Assembly (NCBI RefSeq): GCF_033153115.1
Contig: NW_026889759.1
Span: forward strand, 13,144,001 to 13,208,000
Reading direction: 5' to 3'
Source: Saccostrea echinata
Lineage: Eukaryota
Length of the DNA stretch: 64,000 nt
Of this stretch, positions 1 to 12,100 are shown piece after piece. A model generated the notes under the pieces. That model was given only the letters and a program-made list of their open reading frames with translations, had not been told where the DNA came from and did no database searches. Position numbers and translations under genes: made by a program. The stretch's first letter is position 1, and each line of letters opens with the position of its first letter.

Positions 1-8
1 TTCCCTAC

Positions 9-160
9 CTTTCAGCTTTGACATGGTACCACTTGTCTACAGTTTTGATAAAGTTGGCCTCATTCTGAATGGGAAGATCACTTGTGACACTACCAATGCC
101 TGCTCCAACATTCCATAAAAATCGGATCTTTGCACTGATCATCTCCACTGCAAGGAACTC
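9..160 (-). CDS. LAMA1/2: Exon 47, LG1 ([30 protein letters not shown])
   Basis: 152 nt; FLAVEM and LW-x-VG-x-G LG motifs; AG|GTAGG donor. Confidence 0.94.
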
Positions 161-3100
161 CTACACAGAGATAGATAGTTACACCCAATGGGAACAGTAC
201 ACATGTTATTCAAATATGAATATAGCATTCTACTAAAACAGCCAACAGTATTTAATGGTAGCCTTTAATCAGTCTATTTTACTTGAAATGCAAAGCCAAC
301 ATGAGAAAATCAATCCGATAATTCATTCACAAATGTCCAGAGTTTACTTCAATCATTGAAACTTGCCATATGACTAAATAAATGTAAATATAGATGAATC
401 TATGAATGACACATACTGTGGGAGACTTTTGCAGCAACACAAAGATCTGGTTGTTTGTCGCTTTGTTTGTCTTAAAGGAAAAGGTAATTTTATTGGTGAC
501 ACCAGCAGTGGACTTGGAGAAATAGGATCTCACACACTGCCCATTGGAAGAGAGTGACACCTTCACCTGTAGATAAATACAAATCATCTGAACAAGCCAA
601 AAACATAAATTTTTTTTTGCTAAAACCAGCAGAATGGACTTCTCTCAAACAAGACGGCATGCAGTCTGAACATTCATTACGGGAATTATTCAACAGATCT
701 TTTGTGCATCTTAACTGAACATACCTTCTCAGCTTGAGCACGAGCTTGTTTGATGTTATCTCTCAGCATCTTGAGTTTATCGTTGAGTCTGGACTCGGCA
801 GTCATGGTTCTGTTAGCAGCTGACTCAACCCCATCAACAATGGCACTTATTTGCTGTATGTTTGCCTTTGCTGTGTCAACTTCAAGAAACAACATGAATT
901 CATCAGCATCTTAACCTGTGTCTATATTGAAAATAATCTGAATAAAACCTTTTAAATGCTGGAACTCACTTGAATTCTCTATGTTTTCAAATATGCCATC
1001 AAACTGCACATCTTGAATTTGGTTTAGCTTTGGAATAAGATCTTTCTTTATGTTGCTGTCAATATTTCCTACAGTTTCCTCCAGAGATTCTAATTCCTCT
1101 GATGTCTTGTCAGTATCTTTAGAAATCTTCATAGCTCTGTCACTGAGGTCTGTCATGTAGTTAGAGGTAAAAATGAGTAACAATTCTAATTCTGGCATTG
1201 TTTGACTTACGCAAAAAGCAAGAATGAAAATAAAATTCAAAAAACAAGAACAACAACAACAAAAATACAGTGAAACCTGTCTTATCGACATGATTGGGAG
1301 CCAATTTTTGTCTCGGAATAGACAGGTGTTGGATTACACAGTGTAAAGAACATGGAAAATAGTAAAATGGGAATGAAAATGAATGTCAGAATTCCCAGTG
1401 AAACAGATTACACAGTTGTCAGATTAAACAGTTTTCACTGTATTGTTAATAAAAATATAAAATGAGATGCTGATTTTAAGATCTAACCTTTAGGTAGCTG
1501 TCTTAGAGCATCCTTGATATCAGATTGGCCTTGTCTGATTTTGCTTTGTTCTTCTTCCACGTGAAGCAAATCCTCATTCAAAACACTCAAATGCTTGTCC
1601 AAACCTAAAACGGGCAGTATAATCAACTTTTATCAAAATCATATCATCAATTCTTGCAGCTTTTTAGAGTAACTTCAAACTCTTGAAAACTCTAATGGAA
1701 TTGGTAATCCCCAAAAGAGAAAAATTTTTATTACCAACTTTAAGGTCAAGGCTAAGCTAAACTTTACAGCATTAAAAATATCCTCCAGATTTACTTATTG
1801 AGTGATGTTAGAGGATCTGAAGAGGCAGCCCTCAACAGAGATATATGTTTTTCCATTTCCTAATATGAAAGGTCAAAGCAAAGGTCTACAGTGTATAAAT
1901 CTAAAAGAGATTGCATGATGACCCAAATTCTATACCAATGTATAAACTAAGCTTATACTATGTTAAGACCAGCCATGAAGAACTAAATGCCACAGTTAAA
2001 CAAAATTTTTGACTCAGACACTGTCTAAAGATTGCAATCCAGCCAAAGAAAAAATATGGCTTAGACACCACAGTGAAAGAAGGTTTAGAGATTTTAGAGT
2101 TAAACAATATCTCCATTTGTCTTAGCTAGACATAATAAATACATGTTTGACATACCTGGGACTTTACTCAGTGTTTTATTGGCTTGTCTTTGCAGTTCTC
2201 TGCTCCTGTTAAGTGAGCGCGACACCTCATCTGTGATGTTCTTCACCCCTGCCTGTACAAAAAATGTTCTTTTGTTTCATAAAGTAGACAAAACTTTTCC
2301 AGTTTGAGAACAAAATTAAAACAAGCAAGATTTTATTCCATTTGTGAAAGACATGAATTTGTGGCTTGAAGATTAATTGAATTTGTGGGTTGTTTAAAGA
2401 TTGCTATGAGGGAAAAATTGCAGCAACTTCCATAAAAGATATGCTTTAATTAATAAACACACCCATAGAGTGGTATATTTCTTAAATCATGCAAAAATTA
2501 CTTCTACTGATTACAGCTTGCACTTTTGAAATGCATTGACTGTATGAATGAATTAGATCAAGGGTTTTCCTGTGTCAAATGTAAAATGCAAGCATAATAT
2601 CACTATTACACTGGAATGCTATTTTAGAGGTATATAGGTTTTTGCCACCTAAAACTAAATTATATAAGCCATAAAGTCCTTGACTTATTTCTTCACTTGT
2701 ACCACCTTTATAAAACTGAACCAAAACCTACAATTTTGATTGATTCCTCTGCGGCTTTGATGGCTCGTTTGGCTGCTTCCTCTGCCTCATTGACAGCCTT
2801 TACAATATTGCCGTAAACCTGAGCAGCCTTCAGAGGGTCAGCTGCATCTGCCTTCGTTTTCTCAAACTCCCTAAAGATAAATTAATTTACAGATTAAATT
2901 AAATAATATCAAAGTGCATGTGCACTTTGATTTAATAGTAAACAGCTTTATCTTTATTCTGTTAAATACTGTATGACTTGTACTCTAAACACTGCAATCA
3001 TTGATTTAATTAAGAAATATTCCTAGAAGAAAATTCTTACCTTTCCAGCTGTTCAGCATACTTTGACAGGTCTCTTGCATGACTTTCTGCTGCTCTGACT

Positions 3101-6100
3101 TTGGCCTCAGTCCCAGGAAGCTGACTTCTTGTGTTATTGACTTTTGATCTAAGTTCTGGCAAAATTTGGTCAAAGATGCTTGCTTTTCTTTCTACATCCT
3201 GAGGCATATAAAAAATCATTAAAAAATATGTCAAGTGGGTTGAATGTACTTTCAAACTAACTGCTCAATGGATTGAATGAAATACTGTAGATACACTTTT
3301 TTCCTGCGTGGGATTAATTAATTATTTATGCTATGTACGTGGAGCCATTTTTTTGTGGAAATCTGTCACCCACTGATTGAAAAGAAATTGTGATTCCGTG
3401 GAATTATGACCCCAATGAAAAAAAGTATGTTTACAGCATATAATTCCTGGGAGACAATTTTAGATACAATGGGAAAAAGAATTGTACTTTGATGTTTTCC
3501 TTGGCTTTGTCTAGTACCCCTGCTGATTCAATGTTGAGTTGATGGCCGTCTCCCAAAATTTTAACTGTATCATCATGGACTAGGTCTACATCAACCAACA
3601 CATCCTGAAATAAATACATATAGGACACATATTCATTTTCCTGAAATAAAATTGACTCACATACATGCATATTCTAAATTTTTTTTTTCAATTTCTTTTC
3701 CAATATACATTTTAGCTTCTTTTTTTTTCTTTTTTTTTTACCTCTGTTTTATTTTGAATTCTGAGAATGTTACTCAACATTCTAAACACTTCATCTGACT
3801 GCCTGTGAGATTCATTAGAATGTTTCTGAAGGTCTTGAAGTTTATCCATTATGGCCTGAATTTCCTCCATAACTCCCGATGTGTTCACAAGTTTGTTCCT
3901 CATTTCCAACACTTCCTCTGATAATTTCTCAGCCAGTCTGAAAAGTGTGTTGTGATAAAGACTAACATTACAAATACAATATGAACAGGTATTTTCCAAA
4001 TAATACACTGTACTTGACATGAGATACTCTTTTTTTTTCAAACTATCTCCACCATCGCTTTTTCTACATTATTACATCAACTGAATGCAAATACAGTTGA
4101 ACTTCGGTATCTCGAACACTGATATATCAAAAACCATGGATATGTTGAAGTTATTTGGAAGTCCCAACCCCTTATTCTTTAAGTATTTTACCCTGGATAT
4201 CTCGGATCCTCGGATATCTCGAAGTTTTTTTTCTCTGTCCCATTGGGTTCGAGATAATGAGGTTTGACTGTACTGTAATTCATCAAAAATGAAGCAGCCA
4301 GTATGTTTTTATTTAACATTTGTAACATTTACTGTATACATGCAAGCATTTCAAAATCCAAAGCCCCAAATACAAATAATAAAGCACTACAAAAAAAAAA
4401 TTTCACTTACTTATTCTCTCTGAGTGCCCTCTCCAGGTTCCCTGAAAAATTTCTGCCTTTGATGTCCTTTAAAATGGCCCTCACTTTCTCCAAGGCATCA
4501 GTGACATTTATTCCACTTTTGTTATGGACAAGACCCTGAACAACATCCACTAGCTTATCCACAAATTCTGAAAATATGTCACTTATTTTACACAAAAAAA
4601 GCAGTCCATTTAGTGGTAGACCAACATTCAAACCTTCACATAGTGAAAGAATAAAATAGACAATCAATAAAAGATACATGTAGATAACTTTAAAAATCTG
4701 ACAGCTTATAAATCATAACACTTAAAATAGTAAGGAATACATAACTGTCATTCATCAGTTAAGTTAAGAAATATCTTTGTTAGTTCTCACCTTTCATGTC
4801 CCTGACTGTGTCATTAAGATCTGCCTCCAGGTCTGTAGCATTCTTCTTCAGGGTAGCAGCTCTATCCTCCAGTGGGGCAGCTTTAAGCTTAGCTCTCCTG
4901 GACTAAAACATGTAACATCTAGCTTTAAAATATATGTCATATTCATGTGTTCAAATCCTCAAGATGATAAAAAGATAAACATGAATTTGTACTTGTATCA
5001 CTTCTGTTTTACTTTACAAGAGACATTATTCTACATTAACAGGATAATCTACAGAGAAAAGCAAAGTGACTCAAAACAGATGTATAAAATATTGCTGAAA
5101 ATTCCAGTTTAGCAGATGTGAATGATGGCAATATTCAAACACCAAATAGCGAGTTACAGATTATACTCTTAAGGAAAAAATCATTGTCACAACTTAGAGT
5201 TTGTAAAAAATAAATATTTAGTATATAGATGGATAAAAAAGAAATATAATCAAACTGTGTTATCTCGAACCTGATGGGGCCAAGAAAAACTTCAAGATAT
5301 CTGAGCATTCAAGATATTGAAGGTAAAATACATAAAGAATAAGTGGTTGGGACTTCCAGATCACTTCGACATATCCATTGTATTCGAGATACCAAAGTTC
5401 AACTGTATATATGTCTTCTAAAAATGATGAAATGAGAAGCTATCTGCAGCTATTAGCAGTACAATCACACACACACCAAGAACATTGTGCAGATGGGCTA
5501 CAGAGAGATTAATGCAAGCATTCTTTACATACAGTAATAGGACATACAGCATACAAGACTACAACATTACAGAACACATAATATACAAGGACTACACACA
5601 ACCCTTAACACTCACTCTGGTGAGTAAGTCCTGTGAATCCCTCACAAGGTCATTTGTCTGATTCCTCAAATGATCCAGCTCTGCATTCCTTATCGTCTCC
5701 AACTCATCCTGTTGGTATTTATTCATACACAAGACTTATCATCACTCCTCTCATGACATTTTAAACATGTATGATTCCTTAATATTCTTACTGCTGGCAA
5801 CTTTTTTTAAAAATTAAAGCAATCACTTCTTTTCCCACTCAGTTTATAATATGTGAAACTTTTCAGCATACAGAAAATGTTGCAAGGTTTCAACTTTTGA
5901 ATTGTACATACCTTGAGTAATTCTGTTTCATTCTTGATTTTCCAGAGCTGGGTCCATGGGACAGGGAGCTTTCCAGTTAAGTTCACTTGACTGGTCATGT
6001 TTTCTAGGTCATCTAGTTCCCTCATCAGGTCAGCCGTGCAGCCCTCATCACATGCTGTAAGATCACATAACATAGAGATGACATTTTTAATCCTTTTTTT

Positions 6101-9100
6101 TTCAAAAAGAAATGTTTTCACATTTCTGGGAGCATCTCATCAAGTTGTAAACAGAAAAAAAAAAATAAATACTGCATTAACTTTCTTAATGTAATTACTT
6201 TTATTTGAGGATTAAAACGTTAACAGGATATTCTATGGAATACGTTTAATTGATGCCTTTTGTTCATATGTCAATGTATCTCAAGACATTAAACACTCAC
6301 AAACACATTTCCCATCTTCTACAGCATATCTTGGCTGACATCCATCACATTTCTCCCCTGTTATTCCAGGAAGACACTGACATTGTCCACGAGCATTACA
6401 TAAGGAAGATACGGATCCCTCCGGATTACAGTCACATGGCCGACACTTACCCCCTGTCTGTCGTGGGTTTCCATAGTAACCTTCTGCACATCTGCAAAAA
6501 CATGTTCATCATTAAGCAAAGTAAAATTAAAGATACAATGTACATATATATATCAAGCAATAAATTTCAAAAGCTCTTTGGTTTGGCAGTTTATTAGATT
6601 TTTATAGGTATATTGTATAATTAATTTAGAAAATTAGTAGTGATTTTTTCCAATTTTTTTTCTTTGGGGGGGGGGGGGGGGGTTAAAAAAAAAAGCAAAA
6701 CAATGTGAAAAGTATATAAATCAAGTAAGAAATTTATATAATCTCCAAATTTTTTTTCCTACATGTTTTTCCCTACATGTAATAGAATAAATTGTAACAT
6801 ATTATACATTTACAGGAACTTTTTTAACATATGTCTAACTTTTAGAAGAGAAAAAAATCACATAATTAAAAAGGAAAAATGAAAATCTTCTTTACAAATT
6901 TCATTTAGGACACAACCATTTAAAAAGAGTATTACCCATTAATACTCCTTGCATAAGCACCATCAAGCAGCATTAAAATGCACAGCAATAAGTACATGTT
7001 TTAAAACAAATTCCTTCTCACTGAATGACCCAATATCTCCTTCAGATGACAATGTCTATGAATTTAAATTTATGACAAGTGGAAAGGTGAATGATTTCTC
7101 AAAATGACAGATTAAAATTCAATGGAGAAAAATGTGCATTGTGTGAGGGTTGGTAATTGGTGTGGGATAATTAAGGTCTTATGACAACACTGTCTCAGGC
7201 CTGTCACTCATTATTGGGTATAATAACATGTAAATAATGGCTTATTATCCACTTATACAAATGTTGATTTAAACCATCATTATATTTTATGCTTCTCTTA
7301 ATTTGATTTTACATACAATAGAGTGTATTTAAATTTTTAAAAGTATCAACATTTCTTAAGTCTTTTAAACAAATGAAAAAGTTTGCTCAAAGGAGTTGCA
7401 TGTAAATATGGATTATCTATAACAACATTTAAACCAGGTATTAAACCTTTTAAGCATTTTTTTTTCTGGTGTGGCAATGCTTGACCATTAAAGAAATGTA
7501 ACAAGTACTTCAAGCTTTTCATGTTTTTAATTTAAAATACATGTATTTGTGCACTAACATTCCCATTGTATTTAAATATACATGGATGCTGTGATAAATA
7601 CTTTCAATTATAACATACATTTGTATTGTTTTAACATTGAAGTTAAACCCTGGATTATAGAGAAAAATATTTCTTAGAAGAAAAAATGTCGGTTCAATAA
7701 AATTGCTAAATACTAGCTGCCACCCTTACCACACAACACCTGAAGACTATGTACAACCTAAACAATATCATGATTTCTACAATATGGAAGTATCTATAAT
7801 CTATTTTGCTATTAAGAAAAAAACTCAGAAAATACATACGATTCACATCTTGTACCAATATATCCTTCAGTGCAATTTGTGCAGTAAAGTTGGCCTCGGC
7901 GAATTTCACAGGTGCTGCTGAAACTGAACAGATTTTGGTACTGTCATTACATTTTTTCTACAAAACTAATACTTGAGGGGTTGTACATCTAAATTGACAT
8001 CAAGGTTAATGCACATAAAAACCTTTAAGTTTTAACACAGAAAAACATAATTACTTCTTGTTGATGCTAGGACAGACATTAAGGTTAATATACATGAAAA
8101 CCCTTAAGTTTTGTCACTGAGAAGCATTATTACTTGTTGTCAATGCTAGGACAGATGCAGGGTTGACAGTCAACAGGTGAACCTCTGGTCGCATCACCAT
8201 AGAAACCAGGCAAGCATCTCTCACACTGACTTCCTGTTGTGTTATGCTGACAATTCTAGAATTGGTTTGTGATAATTATTCATCATAATCAATGTAAACT
8301 GGTTGATTACTGGTAATCCTTAACAAGTGTTTTATTAAACATAATCTTAATGCACACCTTTCCAGATTTTGTTTTACATGTACATGTATTTATATTTCAT
8401 GAAATTCTATACATTAAACATCATCCACAAATCCTTAATTAATGAAAACATGTATCAAGATTATTTAGTCATAAATTTTAAGTATAAAATTGTTTCCATC
8501 CTTTACCATGATTAGCCCCCAGTATAAAATTGTTTGTACCTTACACACTCCTGTATTCCTGTCACAGATGTCCGAGTGCCTGTGGCAGTTACAAGGTACC
8601 ACCTCTCCGATTACACGGATTGGATAAGACAGATCTATGGTGGAATTGTGCTTCAGTCTATAGTAGCCCTCTGCTGGATCCTGTCATAACAAAGGAGTCC
8701 ATTTTTAAATTCTCTGAACACTTAAAGGGTTTTTATCACCTCTCAGAATTTTTTGATATGACAAAGTTTACACGCTATTAAAATCATATATTTAAAAATC
8801 TTTGCTAGAAAATTAATATTTTTAATGTTTCAGCGATTCAAAGTTTGATTTTCTCAATATGCATATTTTGATCGCCGATGTTACACGCCATTGCTCTGAT
8901 GTCATAGGTGTCAATCCTGGTCAAGCGAAGTACTTATTGTGTATACAAAAGGGCTCAATGGTTGTGTCTATTAAAACTGTTAGAAAATAATTAAGTGATA
9001 ATTGGATAATTGACAGCTAGTAAGGTATAATTTATTGCTTGAGGATTCACAAATGTGCACAAGAAAGGTTTTAGGAAGGTTTTTTCCCCCACATTTCTTG

Positions 9101-12100
9101 GACTTGGTCGAGAGATGAAAGGGGGGCCCTTTTCTGCAAATGCGATGGCTTTTATCTCCATTATAAACAATCGTTTATGCCCGAACGATCACAATTTTTT
9201 TTTCTGTCCTATAAAATATCTTAAGGAAAGATATCTTTAAAAAAATAATAAATGACAAACACGCATTTTTTAAAAGTCGCACAGAATCTAGTAGGAATGT
9301 TGTGAACTGTGTAATGGCGTATGGCACCACTGAAGAAATGTCATTTCTAGTACATGATATTCACTGCTAGAACAGATAGAAGATATACAGGATTTATTAA
9401 TATATGATTAATTAAAATAATAATGAAAGAGAATTTTAAATTCCCATATTTATATATGTTTACGAAGTTAAACTTTAGTAATTCTTTCTATTTAGTTGAA
9501 GTCCCGAGTTGTCAACGGCTTCGTCTTCGGTGACCTCTCTCCAATTGTCAGCTTATTTTCTGGATATTTCTCTCTGCTAGATGTTCATACATAAAAGATT
9601 GACCGCCCATAACCAAAGGAATATAGTTAATGTCAAAATTTCAACCGGCCATATTGTGTATTCTATTTATTTAGCGTAAAAATCTATTCAATATATTTTT
9701 TTCTTACGATAAGCTTTACGAGTTCTGTGACCACTGACACCCACGATGTTTCATGACCACGTGACCCCTATCTAATTAGTGGAGATTTTTACTTCGAGGA
9801 CCCTATATTACGGGCGTTTTATCGTCTAATTACGGCCGTTTTCAACATTATTTCATAATGAAACGATAATTATATGTTTCAAGAATATAATAATAGTGTT
9901 TCATTTTAAAGAAATTTAGATATGTGATAAAAACCCTTTAAATTCTGCTACACTAAAAATGATGAAAATGTGTTAAGGAGATACTGAAAATGACTTTTTA
10001 TTTGTGAGAACTTTATTTTTGCGTAATTAATTGAAACTATCTGCTCATGAAATTTTTATTCTTGCATATATTTTTTTCATAAAGATTATATACAGCAATA
10101 ACCACAATTCATGTTAATTTTGTCTCACTTAACTTGTAAATATCAAATAGCTATCTTGCAAAAATAAGGTGTCACGAAAATTTGTCAATTTACAGTTCAT
10201 GAAAAGATTAAGATTATACAGTAATTCTTCTTAAAACATAAAACTATGAAATTGAAATGAAAAATCAATTGGGATAACAATTTTTTGACTGAGAAAAGAA
10301 CATTTTTCGATCATTGTATCTTTATTTTTCACAGAAACTTCAATACCTGACAAGAAAGTCCCGAGTACTGTTGTGGACACTGACAAATCTCCACTCCTAA
10401 TGCTGGGTTTTCTGTACTACCATTCCCTGGCTGGGCACTGTCCAGTGATACAGAAGTCAACCTGAAAGAAAAACAAAATTCTGGAGCAAAACACAACATA
10501 GAACACAGTAAAAACCTTAACTTTTCAGCAAGTAGTATGAAACAATGAATTATCTAGTATGAGAGATAAAACGAAGCAAGTTTTGCCCTAGTAGAAGGTT
10601 AAAAGTAAACATTTTTGTCCTTTTTGAATATCATGTTTTCAATTTACATAGATCATTGGAGCTAACTGACACATTTAGACAGCACCTAAAGACCATGATC
10701 TCTGAAGTGTGGTACTACCTCTACTATAAAAGAACACATATATAGTATTTCCTTACACAGCAGATCTAGCTTGGTCATCCTGAGTGGCCTTTATATAAAT
10801 ATCTGTAACATTCTGCAGCACAATCATCATCAAACTTCTGGTGGCATTACCAAAACCAACCACTCTCCATAAAGTCTAGAAACAAATTTACAAAATGTGT
10901 GGAAACTACTCTGAATATCAACAAACTCATTACATTTCTCTTATGAAAGTCATCTCAGTTAATAAATTTCAACTTCTAGTATGTTATGGTAAATTATTCT
11001 GCCTATGATTGGTATAGGTAAGGCTTCAGTATCCACTTACTGGGTGGAACTTGACGGAGATGGACCTCTCTCCTCTAGGTGACCATGGTGTACCAGTGTT
11101 ATGAGTCATCTGGAACCTATTTCCCACCACTACAATGTCCGGACTTTCATCTACTCGAGTTGGAGGTCCACTGTCTGATCTGAACTGAGCACTAAACCTC
11201 ATCTTCCCATTGTAAGACAAGGTCTGCAATAAAATATACTTTTTCAAATCACAGTATTCAAATCTGTTATCATTTGGAATATACTCACTCTAAAACATGC
11301 ATTAACTTGTTCAAAGGTCTATGTATGTATTAAATTCACTCACCAAATCACCTAGATAACTAGCTGGCAGGCTCCAGTAAATTGGTTTGGTTGCTAGGGA
11401 TTCTGGTACAGCAGCCCAGGTGGAGTTTTGTGGGATAACAACATGGGATTTATATTTTAAAGTGACCTTGTTTGTGACCCGAGGATCAAATGACACACTG
11501 TTTTCTGGAATTTCCATCTAGAATAAAGAGTACAGTAACATTAAAGATGTAGAACCACACTTTGTAACTTTCTTTAATTTTTGTACTGTACAGCACTAAT
11601 ATCATACTCATCTGGATAACAAAACATGAATATCATACATGAGGCTCATTTTCCCTGATAGTTACTTGAATAATGTTTACTTACTCATATAAAGACTTAA
11701 GCCACCATAGTGGCTCGTGCCCTTCAAAACTTTAAGGTAACTCTTAAATTAAGATACATGTACTTGCAAAGTATTTCTACATATTAGAACATTTTGAAAA
11801 TCTTTTCATTTACTGATCTGAGGTACCATTATTTTAGAAAAATCAATCATCCAAATGATTTCACTGTTGGAAGCACTAATTTTAGAAAGTTTTTACTCTA
11901 TCACGATTAGGGGTGCAACGATCCACCAACCTCACAATACGATACGTATCACCGTATTCAGTTCATGATACGATACGTATCACGATACATGACAAGGTTA
12001 AAAAGTCTTTCAAGTTTATCATCATAATTTTTTTTTTAAACTTGACAGGGTTATATCAAATGTTCATATTTTTTGATAATAATTAAAATATCATTTTGTT

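Noticed and set aside
11060-11085. Integrin-binding RGD motif in L4b
   Set aside because: The sequence is RGE (SPRGER), not RGD.
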